A DNA stretch of 64,000 nt. Origin: the human T2T-CHM13v2.0 reference genome, Homo sapiens. Made by a program: the position numbers and the translations under genes. Under the pieces are notes generated by a model, which made no database searches, was not told the DNA's origin, and was given only the letters and a program-made list of their open reading frames with translations. The stretch is taken from the NCBI RefSeq assembly GCF_009914755.1, contig NC_060927.1; one strand, given 5' to 3'. Shown piece by piece: positions 41,777 to 55,699 of this stretch (the stretch's first letter is position 1; every line of letters starts with the position of its first letter).

Positions 41777-44277
41777 CTACTCGTATTTAATGGTAAGAAA
41801 CTGGATACTTTCCCCTAGGATCAGAAACAAGGTAAAGATACCCTCTCTTACCATTTCTATTCAACCTGGTACTGTAAGTTCTATCTATCTAGTGTGATAA
41901 GACAAGAAAACAAAATAAAATGTATATACATGAGGAAGAAAGAACACTGTTTTTGCAGACAAAGCGATTGTCTATGTAGAAAGTCCCTCCTGGAACTAAG
42001 AAGCAAGTATAGAAAGGTGACAAGTTACAAGTTACTATACAAAAGCCCATTACTTTTCTATATACTAGCAATGAACAGTTGGAATTTAAAATTATAAAAA
42101 CAATACCATTTGCAGTAATACTATAAAACAAAATATACATGTATAAATCTAACAAAATATGTGTACAATCTAATTGTGGAAAACAACAAAGCTGTGATGA
42201 AATAAATCAAATGCCTAAATAAATGGAGGTGTTCCATGTTCATGGATTGGAAGACCCAATATTATTAAGATGTCAATTCTTTTCAACTTGATCTATAGAT
42301 TCAATGCAATTGCAATCAAATCTCAGTAAGCTCTTTAGCAAACTGATTCTCAAGTTTATATTTAAAGGCTAAAGACCTAGCACAGTTAACACAATACTCA
42401 AGAACACAGCTGGAGGGATAAGAACAATGGAACAGATTAGAGAGGTCACAGATAAGCCCATTGCAAATACAATCAACTGAGAAAGGTGCAAAGTCAATTC
42501 AATAGTGAAAGCACAGATTTTCAACAAATTGTGCTGAATCCTCACATGCAAAAAAAGGGTAAACTAGACAGACCTTATACCATTCACAAAAATTAAATCA
42601 AAATGCACCTTAGTTTAAAATATGAATTGCTACACTACAAAACTTCTGAAAGAAAAACAGGAGAAAATTTATGTGATGAGTTTTTAGATATAACATCAAA
42701 TGCACAACCTGTGAAATAAAATAAATTATTTGAACTCTATTAAAATTACAAACTTCTCTGCTGAAAACAATGTTAAGAAAATAAAAATACAAGCCATAGA
42801 CTTGGATAAAATATTTGCAAGACGTATATCTGATAGAAGGCCTGCATCCAAAATGTAGAGTAATCTCTTAAAAATCCACAATAAGAAAACAACCCAATAA
42901 AAATGGGTAGAAGATCTGAAAAGACATCTCATCAAAAAAGATATACTGATGGTAAATAAACATATAAAATGCCCAGTAACATTTGCCATTAGGAAGTTAA
43001 AATTAAAACAATATGGAGGTACTACTACACATCTATTAGAATGGGTAAAACAAAACAAATAAGAAAAAAAATCACTAACAATACCAATTGCTAGTGCAAA
43101 TGCAGAGGAACAAGAATTTTTATTTGCTGCTAGTGGTAATGAAAAATGATATGACCACTTTGGAAGACAGCATGTGAGGTTCTTACAAAGCTGAACTTAG
43201 TCTTATGATCTAGCAGTCACACTTTTAGGTACATACCTAATTGATTTGAAGAGTTATAACGAAACAAAAATCTACACACAGGTGTTTAGAACAGCTTTAT
43301 GTACATTTGCCAATCCTAGAAAGAACCAAATTCTTCAATAGGTGAAGAGATACACAAATTGTGATACATTCATGCAATGGAACATTATTCAATGATAAAA
43401 GTAAAATAACAAGTCATAAAAATACACAGAAGAGCCTTAGTGTTGACTACTATGTGAAAGAAGCCAGTCTGAAAAGACTACAAACCTGTATGATTTTCAT
43501 TATGAGGATATTCTGGAAAAGGTAAAACTGTAGATAAAGTTAAAAAGTAAGTGATATCCAGGACTCAGTGAGAGAGGGAGATGGTTAAATAGGTAAAATT
43601 CCCGTGATTTTTAGGGTATTAAAACTATCCTGTATGATGCTATAATGGTATGTACTATAATGACATTATGCATTTATCAAAACCCATTGAACTTCACAAC
43701 ACATAGTGTGAACCTTAATGCATGCTCATTTTAAAAAATCATCTCTGAAACTGGAGGATTTTAGGAAGAAGTGTGGACTGTGGCAAGAGAATCTTACTGT
43801 ATTACAGATGTATGAAAAACTTCAATGAAAGGTTTGGAGGGAAAAGATACTGGCTAAGTAAACTTTGGAAATTACTTGAGTGTGTAAAACGGAAAGTAAA
43901 ATAAGCTACTTACAAGCGCTATACTCTAGTTAGTAAAGCTGTTTCTAGCAGGTGCTAATACTGATGGTGCTATACTGTATACTGAAATTGAACAATTAAG
44001 TAAATGGATAGTGGATGGTGGACACAAGTTTCTCAGTTTAGGTGTGGGTTAACAGATAAGCAAAAAAAGTATGCCGCGGGTATTCACATGGTAATGGATT
44101 ATATTTGGAGACATAAGTATGAACTCTTGTTTGCTTAAATTGTAGATATAGATTATTACAATTAAAACATTTATAAATATGTGTATATACACCAATTAGT
44201 ATCTTTCCTTGGTTTGGTTAGCTGATGACATGGACAAAATTCTTGAATGACACTATGATCAAAATGTACACAAAAGA

Positions 44278-44677
<400 letters not shown>

Positions 44678-45019
44678 CTAGTCCCAGATGGCTTCATGAG
44701 TGAATTCCATCAAATATAAGTTTAAAAATATAAAGCAAATTCTACATAAACTTTTACATAAAATAGGAGAGACTTGCCAAGTCATTTTATGAAAACAACG
44801 TCACATTGTTATAAAAACCAGACTAAAACATTAGAAAAAAATACTCTGAAAGACCATTTTTTTCAGGAATATATTATCTTGTTAATATATTAGCAACTTG
44901 AACCTAGCAGTATACAAAATGATAATACACTGTATCATATAGAGTTTAATCTCATGAGTGCAAAATTGGGTGAACATTAGATATTCAATCAATGGAATTT
45001 ATAATAAAACAATAGATGT

Positions 45020-45322
45020 GGCCAGGCGCGGTGGCTCACACCTGTAATCCCAGCACTTTGGGAGGCCGAGGCGGGTGGATCACGAGGTCAGGAGATAGAC
45101 ACCATCCTGGCTAACACGGTGAAACCCCATCTCTACTAAAAAATACAAAAAAATTAGCCGGGCGTGGTGGCGGGTGACTGCAGTCCCAGCTACTCGGGAG
45201 GCTGAGGCAGGAGAATGGCGGGAACCCAGGAGGCAGAGTTTGCAGTGAGCAGAGATCGCGCCACTGAACTCCAGCCTGGGAGACAAAGCGAGGCTCCGTC
45301 TCAAAAAAAAAAAAAAAAAAAA
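45020..45322 (+). mobile_element. AluY
   Basis: AluY diagnostics, CpG-rich, poly(A); imperfect TSD caatagatgt/caataaatgt. Confidence 0.95.
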
Positions 45323-46046
45323 CCAATAAATGTGAGAAGATTATCATTTAAATGGATGGAGAGATAGCATTTGACAAAATTAAATTCATTCATGATCAAA
45401 AAAACCTCTCATCAAATTAGGAATAGGAGGTAATTTTTTCAACTTGATGAAGTGCACCCCATAAAAGTAGAAGCTAATGTTACACATAATAGTAAAAGAA
45501 AATCTGACAAAATTGTCCTGATGATAAAAGAAGGTTTGAAGGAAACTATTTCTTTGATTCCTGCCTATTAATAGACAATTAATCTCTATTGCAGGCAAAG
45601 TCAAATAAGCACTTTATTCATTTTCATGGGAATGTAAATTGGTATAATCTTTCAGGAAATAAGCTGGGCAACATGTGCAAGGAACTTTAAAACGATCATA
45701 TCCTTTGACCTGGAGTTTTTAACCTTTTAGAATCTACTAGAGGATCTTATCAAAGATATAGGTAAATATTTATATATAAGAAAGTTCACTGGATAATTTG
45801 TTTTTATTTGTAGAACCACGTATTGAACTTTAAAACTCAGATAAGATTACTTAACTTTCCTTTTAGAGAACACAATTTGCCTTCAAAATTATTTAGGAAC
45901 TAAATTGTTCCCTCCTTCTCCCACAAAGAGAAAGGAAAGGCATACAACTATCCTGTTACCTCTCCTTAAGCCAGCAAAGAAAGGATAACCCTGTTGGTGA
46001 CAGGACTAGTCTAAGGAACCTCTCAGCTAATAGGCAATGAACAGAA

Positions 46047-46049
46047 AAA

Positions 46050-46080
<31 letters not shown>

Positions 46081-46082
46081 AA
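46047..46082. repeat. (AAAT)n microsatellite
   Basis: Directly visible. Confidence 0.9.
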
Positions 46083-47849
46083 GCTATGTTCCTCAAAGTG
46101 TTTGAAGGCAGACGACATCCTGTGAAACTGCCCCGTCTTGGAAAAGTTTGACCAAAGTTTTTATCTATCCAATTCAGTAGAGCATTGATTTGACAAGTGC
46201 TAACCAGAAGCTGCGCTCTAGGTTCTAGCAGTTGGACTTCCCCTATTAAAATTAGGATGCTTTTTTATCCATATGCTTTTGGCATCATTCCACCCATCTT
46301 CTTTAGATTCTAAGAAGTTCTCTCTATTTTGTGACTTACCTTTTTAAATAATGTTTTTATTCCCATCACCTTAGGTTGTTTACAGAGATGTATAGCCCTT
46401 TAATTAAAAACAAGACTATAATTTTATAATCCAGAGCTATACACACACACATATGTATATATACACATCTGTATGCCAGTAAGTAATCTGTATCTGTACA
46501 CATAATTTTTTTTCACACACACACAATTTTTACAGCATTGCTTAATGTGAGATTATTGGCTCAAAGGACCAAAAAGGGATCCTCTGATCAGTGAGGTTTT
46601 TTGGCTGAGACCTCATACTACAATAGCAGCGACAACAGTGTCAACCATCAAAATAGCCATTAGGAAGAGATGGGTTAAAAAATTGTGTTATTAATATATA
46701 ATGGAATATTTTTCATTCAACTGTTATGTTTTCGAGCAAAGAGCATGAGAACATTTCACATTTTATACAATAGGTGCTCAACATTTCTTGAATTAATTTA
46801 ATTTTATGTGTTTTACAATACTGGCATAATAATGTATGCAAGTTAAATGTTTTTCCCCATTTATCAGTATCATCATGTCTATAAACCCTCTTTGAAAATG
46901 CATTTTACACACTACACAATATTTTACTACACGATATTTTACTACACAATGTTTTATTATATGTTAGTAAACAAATTAAGAATAACTATGATACCACACA
47001 TCATACTGGCCCCAGGATAAAATATAGATAGTTTTTTCCAGGGTTAATTCATTGTACCCTGTTGATAAATATTTGTTAATTTTCTCTTAAGATTTACACA
47101 TCTGTCTTTACCCTCCCCCGCCACCGAAAGTATAGCCCCACATGGAAGCAATTCTCTAATTATCTAAGGCTATTAAAGAAGATTCCACTGTAACTACCAT
47201 GAAATAATTATACTTGTATAAAATTAATTAGTTTATAAGTATGCCCTTTCATACTGAGTATACCATTTGCAACTTAAAATAGCTCTATTATATTGGCATG
47301 AGAAGGCATAATCTCATTTAGCAATGAAAATACTGAAATCAGAGAAGTTAAGTGAATTACCCAAAGTCACCTGAATAATTAGCAGTGAAATCATGGCTTA
47401 ATTTTCTGACACTAAATTCAATCAGTGTCCTTTCACTACATCTTTGGTCTCCTGCGATGTTTTTCCGTAATAAATAGAAAACATCAATCATGATTTTGCA
47501 TAAGAAGCACATGGCATTTCTTGACTGTACATAACCAATAACCATGTACCAATATAAAAACTTATTTTTGTTTCACTGTAGTTCTGTTTGTTTGTTTGCT
47601 TGTTTGTTTGTTTTTACCAGGTTTATTTAGCTGAACCTCAGGTATATTGAAATTCTAGGAGAAATATTTCTATTGCCTCAGCAACCAGATTTTAAGGAGT
47701 GTTCTAGGTTCTCATTTTGCAACAGAATTGATAGAGCTTAACAGATGGCTAAATCTTAATTCTAAATTTCAGTGCAAAGAGTCACCGGAATCTAGGTCGA
47801 CACTGGGACAATAGGCAACACTGTCTGAGAGCTTCACGGTGGTATGGTC

Positions 47850-48500
47850 CTAGAGCTTTCAGTAGGCATAAGAATCACTTTGGGGAGTTTTAAAATGCAG
47901 ACTCCAAAGATCTATTTCTGATTGAGCATAACAAATTTGGGGGGTTTGGAATTAGAATCTGCATTTTAACAAGATCTCCATGTAATTTTAATGCAGGCAC
48001 TTATTAGAAACATTTCTGTGAAGCCCTGCAGACTTGTTTTGTCATGTGGGATGTTTGGCAAACAGTGAAAAGGCTTCAGAATCCAAATATCCCTTCACAA
48101 AGATTATCTGCCATATAATAATGTCCTTTTAAGCATAAGCACTTCTGTCTCTTGTCCTTCATTCACCCCAAAGATGACATTGGCTATTAAATGAAAGAAA
48201 GTGTCAAATTAGAGTCAGGACATTTGATTGCTGTTTCACCTTAGTATCTCCAACCTAACATAGAGAACAATCTCTGCCTAGACTGGTGCATACAGTGGTT
48301 ATGGAAATGAAATGAGAAATGAGAAAGCTTCAAAAACCAAATTTCAAAATAAAAGAGTATTTCTCAGATTAATTGTTCTCAAACTGTTTTTTATATTAGA
48401 TCTTGGGGAGCTTTCAAAAATTCTGATGCCCAGGCATTAGTATATATATTTTTAAACTTTCCAAGAGATTTCAGTGTACAACCAAGTTTAAGAACCAGTA
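47850..48500. mobile_element. Two MER5-like DNA transposon remnants (about 47850-48015 and 48370-48500)
   Basis: 'agaatcac...aaaatgcagactcc...gaatctgcattttaacaag' and 'gttctcaaact...ctgatgcccagg...aagtttaagaaccag'. Confidence 0.6.
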
Positions 48501-51169
48501 TATTAGACCAATCCTTACATTTTGCCTTAGTGCATTCACTTTTGCCTTAGTGCATTCAATCCCTTAAAAAATGAATAAGCACTGATAAACTCTTGCTGTA
48601 GAATTGATTCATTGGATTCTTTAGAATCAGCTCCACTCTCACCATAAATCAGCAGTGTTTTATGTTGGGCATGAGCAGAGCTGCCAAACAGGCCATTTTC
48701 TTTCTGTCCTTCAACATTGTTTCCTCTAGGTAACTCACTGGCCTTGGATTAAGGAAATTGGCAACTAAATCGAGTCTCAGGAAAAGCTGCCATGCTGTAT
48801 CTTGCTGCAGGGGAAAAGATCAGCCCTTCATTTCTGGGAATTCTTAGTCATAAGCCACATGTCATCAGCCATACCAACCATTTAGTTCCATTTCCCTTCA
48901 GGTGAGACTGAGTCACTTCTCCAGAATGAGGACAGCAATGCAAGATGGTAGAGAGAAGAGATTTGTTACCAACGTGGGAATAAGGATAACTTATCTCACA
49001 TGATTTATTCAACATACATGCCTCTGGGTACCATTAGTTCAGAAAAATCATTAAATTATTCAGGTACCAGTCTAGATAAGGTCCTTTACCTCATATAACA
49101 TTCATTTCAGGTTTCTGATACAGATCAGCACCTAATCCCCAAACCTATTTTGAAATTAAGAAACAGTACCACGTGATGGAGAGAGTCTGTTGCACCAAAA
49201 TGACATGGTAGGAGACTTTATTTGTCCACCTCGGCCTTCTGATAGCTGCAAAAGTATTCAGACCTTCAACATTGCTCCAAGCCCCTTCGTATTTACCTGC
49301 ACTAGAGCATCGGTCTCACCAATTCACACCCCTAACTATTCCGGCAGAATATATGTCAGTTTACAAAATCTCTAACCCCACGCTACTACTACCACCACCA
49401 TTAATTCTAGCTGCAACATTACAAGAGGACAGCTTGCATTTCCATACCCTCTTAAAGTTTATTTCCATACTAGTAATGTAAAGAGACTGTATTTACATGT
49501 GGCTTTGATCCGGCTGTATGAGTGTGAGTCATTAACATATTGTTTCTGAATCTCATTTCCCTCATCTGTAAAATGGAGCTAGTAATTCTGATTTAATAAG
49601 GTGTTGGGAGTTTGTAATGTCATGTTAAAATTAAGAAAGCACTCTCTAAACCAGAAAACTGTTACAAATTAGATTGTATTATCACTCTTCAGAAACCCAG
49701 GATGCCCAAGACACTTCCCCCTTCATTTGAAATATTATCCTGTCATTCTGTCTTATGAAGATGTCCCAGTGTTTCAGGATCTGCAACAGGATGCCTACTG
49801 TGTTAGGAACTCTATGGCCCCCTTTTGTGCAAGGTGATGTTAGTGTGACACAGTAGCAAGTGCATTGGATAATGTCAGAAAATCTGTGTTTTATTCTCAT
49901 GACTGTTCTTAGTAATTTAAGTTCCATGAATTTCATTTTTCTCACCTGTGAAAATGAGAATTAGATCAATCTCAAAGATTTATTTTAGGATTTACATTTA
50001 ATATTTGTGACAGTGCTCATAAATCATTAAAAATATATATAAAATTATCAGATTATGATGAAGGGTAATTAAATGTTATGATGCTAGTTAACTATTCTTA
50101 GTCAAGTCTCTGGTATAATAATTTCATCTATCTAGCTATGTGAGATTACTGTAATGTTGAAGTTTTAGGATCCAGCTATGGGGTGGTTTAGGGTCAAAAT
50201 CAATGGCCTTTGAGTCATTCCAAGCCCACCTTTACATAGATTCATGCATATACACGCATCTTTTACTGAATCAAGAGTCTGGGTTTCTCGTTCCTCCCAT
50301 TTCCAAAACCCACTCCTCATCATCCATCTTCCTTGTTAATCTTGTCTTCTCTGATGATAAATCTTTTTGCTCCCTAAGATAATTTTTAGCACAAACTTTT
50401 TGTCTTTGACCCCCTTTACTTCTCCTTTCACAATATTAAAGAAGCTCATACAGTTTTATAGTTTTGACTAACATGCATTTATTAAGAGTGTAATATCAGC
50501 CAGCTCTTGTGCTTTATGCAGGTGACTTCTGAATTTATAATTTTAGTGTTTAAAGTTCTCTTCATTTCTAGTCCCACAATTTCAACTCCCTGCCAGACTT
50601 CTGCTAGAATTTCCATCAGCACTGATAATAATAATAAATAACATTATAAAATAACCCGTATGGTGCCTAAACCCAAAACCTCTCCTACCTTTTTCACCTC
50701 GCGTTCTTGTTACTACTCCTACAACTTTTCAGGCTATAAATGCATCTTTAATCGAGTGACTGCCAAATACCGACAATGTTTCTTTCATGATATTTCTCAG
50801 ACATATTTCCCTGACAACCAGTGATCTATTTACTGTCTCCATAGTTTTACCTTTTCCAGAAAGTTGTAAAGCTATAATCATACAGGTTGTAGCCTTTCAG
50901 ACTGGCTTCTTTCACTTGGCAAAATGCATTTAAGGCATTTCCGTGTCTTGATGGATCCTTTGTTTTTAATGCTGAATAATATTTCATTTTATAGAAGTAG
51001 CACAGTTTATTTATCCACTCACCTATTGAAAGGCATCTTGGTTGCTTCCAAGTTTGGCAGTTATGAATAAAGCTGCTATCAACATTCATGGGCAGGTTTT
51101 TGTGTGGACATGAGTTTTCAATTGGTTTGGATAAATACTAACCAGCATGATTGCTGGATCATACGGTAA

Positions 51170-51505
51170 GAGTCATCCCTCAGTATCATAGAGGATTGGT
51201 TTCAGTACCCCCTGCAGAAATCAAAATCCATGGATGCTCAAGTTCCTTATATAAAATGGCACAGTATTTGCATATAACCTATGCACATCCTCCTATATAC
51301 TTTAAATCATCTCCAGATTACTTATAATACCTATTATAGTGTAAATGCTATGTAAGTAGTTGTTATACCGTAATGTTTTTATTTGTATTTTTTTATTGTT
51401 GTATTGTTATTTTTATTGTAGTGGTTTTACCTTTTCAAATATTTCCAGTCTGTGTTTGGTTGAATATGCTGATGCAAAACCCTTGGATATTGAGGGCTGA
51501 CTGTA
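51170..51505. mobile_element. MER2 (TcMar-Tigger) MITE nested in L1
   Basis: 'agtcatccctcagtatc...aaaatccatggatgctcaagttccttatataaaatggc...gagggctgactg' then TA; inverted termini. Confidence 0.85.
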
Positions 51506-52542
51506 TTTAATTTTTTAATATTAATTTAATTAATATTTGTAAGAAACTACCAAACTATCAACCAGAGTGGCTGTACTATTGACATCCCCATCAATAATGA
51601 ATGAGAGTTCTTGTTGCTCCACATTCTTACCAGCACTTAATGTTGTTAGTGTTTGGGATTTAAACCATTTTAACAGGTATGTAGTGGTATCTCATTTTAA
51701 TTTCCTAATGGCATATGATATTTAGCATCTTTTCATATTATTACATGCCACTTATATACCTAGTTTGGTGAGATGACTGTTCATATATTATGACAATTTT
51801 ATATTTGAGTTGTTTGTTTTCTTATTGTTGAGTTTGAAGATATCTTTCTATATGTTGTATACCAGTCCTTTGGAGATAAATCTTATGCAAATATTTTCTC
51901 TAAGTCTATGGATTATAGTTTCATTCTCTGGACATGTTTTTCACAGAGCAGCTTTAAATTTTCATGAAGTCCAACTTATCAATCTTTTCTTTTATAGCTT
52001 ATGTTTCTGGTGCTGTACAAAAAAGATTATCACCAAACCGAATGTAAACTGGATTTTCTACATTGTTTCCCAGGAGTTTTCCAGTTTTGCATTTTAGATT
52101 TGGCTTTATGATCCATTCTGAGCGAATTTTTGTGAAAAGTATAAGGTCTGTGTCTAGATTCATTTTGTTTTGTATGTGGGAGTCCAGTTGTTTCAGTGTC
52201 GCTTATTGAAAAGACTATTTTTACACATCCTATTGCCTTTGTGCTTTTGTCAAATGTGAGTTGGCTATATTTGTGCAGATTTATTTCTGCGTTCTTTATT
52301 GTGTTCCGTTGACTTACTTATTTTTCTTTTTTCTTTTTTTTTCCCAATACTCACCGTCTTGAATACTGTAACATTATATTAAGCCTTATAGTTAGGTAGT
52401 ACCAGTCCTTCAACTTTGTTCTTCTCTTTCAATATTGTGTTGAATTTGCTGAAAGATTCTTTTATCATGAATGGGTATTTGATTTTATCAAAGGCTTTTT
52501 CTGCATTTATTGATAGGATAATATGATCTTTCCCTTCTTTAG

Positions 52543-53627
52543 TTTTTTTTTTTATTATACTTTAAGTTCTGGGATACATGTGCAGAATATGCAGGTTTGT
52601 TACATAGGTATACACATGCCATGGTGGTTTGCTTCACCCATCAACCCGTCATCTACATTAGGTATTTCTCCTAATGCTATCCTTCCCCTGGCCCCCCTCA
52701 CTCCCCAACAAGTCCCAGTGTGTGATGTTCCCCTCCCTGTGTCCATGCATTCTCATTGTTCAACTCCCACTTATGAGTGAGAACATGCAGTGTTTGGTTT
52801 TCTGTTCCTGTGTTAGTTTGCTGAGAATGAGAGTTTCCAGCTTCATCCATGTCCCTGTAAAAGACATGAACTCATTCTTTTTAACAGCTGCATGGTATTC
52901 CATGGTGTATATGTGCCACATTTTCTTTATCCAGTCTATCATCGATGGGCATTTGGGTTGGTTCCAAGTCTTTGCTATTGTGAATAGTGCTGCCATAAAC
53001 ATATGTGCGCATCTGCCTTTATAGTAGAATAATTTATAAACCCTTGGGTATATACCCAGTAATGGGATCGTTGGGTCAAATGGTATTTCTGGTTGTAGAT
53101 CCTTGAGGAATTGCCACACCGTCTTCCACAATGGTTGAACTAATTTACACTCCCACCAACAGTGTAAAAGCATTCCTATGTCTCCACATCCTCTCCAGCA
53201 TCTGTTGTTTCCTGACTTTTTAATGATCGCCATTCTAACTGGCGTGAGATGGTATCTCACTGTGGTTTTGATTTGCATTTCTCTAATGACGAGTGATGAG
53301 CTTTTTTTCAAATGTTTGTTGGCCGCACAAATGTCTTCTTTTGAGAAATGTCTGTGCATATCCTTTGCCCACTTTTTGATGGGTTTTTTTTTTTTTCTTG
53401 TAAATTTGTTTAAGTTCCTTGTAGATTCTGGATATTAGCCCTTTGTCAGATAGATACATTGCAAAAATTTTCTCCCGTTCTGTAGGTTGCCTGTTCCCTC
53501 TGATGATAGTTTCTTTTGTTGTGCAGAAGCTCTTTAGTTTAATTACATCCCATTTGTCAATTTCGGCTTCTTTGCTGTTGCTTTTGGTGTTTTAGTCATA
53601 AACTCTTTGCCTATGCCTATGTTCCGA
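52543..53627 (-). mobile_element. 5'-truncated L1PA (PA7/8-like), about 1.1 kb
   Basis: T-tail + 'ttattatactttaagttctgggatacatgtgcag'; ORF 52760-53359 encodes the ORF2p C-terminus ([23 protein letters not shown]). Confidence 0.93.
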
Positions 53628-53841
53628 ATTTTTTTTTTTTTTTTGACAAGGTCTCATTCTGTCACCCAGGCTAGAGTCCAGGTGTGATCACAGTTCACTG
53701 CGGCCTAGAACTCCTGGGCTTAAGAAACCCCCCCATCTCGGCCTCCCAAATAACTGGGACTACAGGGACATGCCACAGTATCCAGCTACTTTTTTTTTTA
53801 ACTTTTTTTGTAGAGACAGGGTCTTCCTATGTTGCCCAGGC
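53628..53841 (-). mobile_element. 5'-truncated AluJ
   Basis: T-tail, right arm, linker and start of left arm in reverse. Confidence 0.85.
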
Positions 53842-55699
53842 TTTTAGCCTGTTGATGTGGTGGATTAAATTAATTAATTTAGTGAATGCTGAAATAACCG
53901 TGCATCCCTAAAATAAATCCCACTTGGTCATGATGTATAATTCTTTTTGTAGGTTGTTGCATTTCATTTGCTAATAGTATCTTGAGGATTTTTGCATCTA
54001 TGTTCATGAGTGTCAACTACCTTGTAATTTATGGATTTTAAAATGTAGCTGTAACAGTATCATAAAATTGCTTCATATAACTTGCAGTTTATTGTGGATT
54101 TATTCATTTTAACATGAAGAACTCAGGATGTTATATTTAATTTGTATTATCCCAGAATGTTGCAAGCTGTGTGGCATATAGGAAAACATTAAATAAATGT
54201 TCATTCACTCAACTGATCAACTGAAAAAGTAACCATGTGATAAGTAAGTGCATATTTAGATCCCACTCTATGTATGAAACTGGGCTAATTAATGGCAACA
54301 CACGGGTGAATCAAACTAAACTCTGTCTTTATGGATATCACCAGACACTACTTGAGACATGGTTAAATTAGAATTGTTATAATTATGAGATCTACTCTAA
54401 AGTTGGAACCACAGTCAATGTAAAAATTGGCCAAACAACAAGATCCTCCGTTTGAAAGCTAATTCTCTATACTGCAAGGCAAATTTTCAGTAGATATTCA
54501 AGGTATTCAAATAGCACAAATTATAGTTGGAAATATATCTATTATGCAAACAAAGGGGTTATAAATAAAGTTTGTGAGGCTGGTGGATATGGCATTTTTA
54601 TTTTTTCTTGACTTCTTTAATCAATTTAATTCTTTCTTCCCTGATCACTCCCCTTCACCACTAACACTTATTGAACCCCATAGTAAGCAATGAAATGGAT
54701 ACTCAGAGTATGAGTAAAGCACTGGTAGAAAATGTTGGCAGTAACAAAGGCAGGACAAATGTGTATTACTGATTTTTCTATTCAAGTGCAATGCAGAACC
54801 TTGTCATAGGAATCTGAAGAATAGAGGCAGAAAGAAAGTAATTCTTTACAAAATAAAAGGATATTGGGTGAGGTTTGTTATCTATAAAGATATGTCTTCA
54901 TTCATTATGTCATTTATTTAACAAATGTTTACCAACTTCTTAGCATGTGCCAGGCAGGCCTTGTGGTAAGTACATTCGAGATGAATAAACCATGTTCTCT
55001 ATGCCTTTGAGAAACACACAGTCAATTAGGAAAGATAAGATATGCACATAAGTAACTCTAACACAATATCTAGCATAGTATAGGTGATCAATAGGTATTT
55101 AATGAAATTTAATTTAATTGATTCAATAATTATTTATAGAGCATGTAGTACTTTCCAAACCCTATTCTGGGTGCTTGGGATACACCATTGAACAAAACAG
55201 ACAGACAAAATCCTTGCTCTCAAGTTGCTTTTGTACTCACAAGGGAAAAATTTAATGGTATTGACAGAGATAAGTTGCTAGAACTCAAATGAGAAATGCA
55301 GATAAAATGTTACTAGCATTATATTGAAAGGTGGAATGGTTACAGTGGATGGGGGAGAGCCAAGGAATGTCATCCATACATTACAGCCCCATTTTGTTTT
55401 GTTTTCTGTTCTTCTTTGGAGATTCAGAAGAAATGCAATCCACGCAGAAAGGGACAGATGAGTCAGTCTCCAGTGAGCAGCTGGGTGTGCATGTGTCCTG
55501 GATCCTTAGGCACTTCATTGAATCTATATGCATTGGACATGTGGCTGGGACTACTAAGACATAAAGTTGGAGAGTTAGATGAACGCCTACAAACTTTAAG
55601 TCGGATGGCTCTATAGCATGCAGAGGGAACCTAACGAAGATTTTTAAAGAGAAGGATGATGTTATTCAAGTGATGTTGCCAGAAGGATGGATGTAGTAG

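Larger units (their letters stand above)
50810..54010 (-). mobile_element. Old L1M (L1MB-like) 3' portion, interrupted by MER2, L1PA and AluJ
   Basis: Reverse L1 3' landmarks ('ggttgcttccaagtttgg...atgaataaagctgctat', 'aaatcccacttggtcatg'). Confidence 0.8.

Noticed and set aside
49190-49481. C/A-rich stretch suspected of being a mitochondrial insertion
   Set aside because: I could not match it to any mtDNA gene; a BLASTN against mtDNA would settle it
52760-53359. Longest ORF in the window (199 aa)
   Set aside because: C-terminal fragment of L1 ORF2p in a 5'-truncated copy lacking promoter, EN and RT
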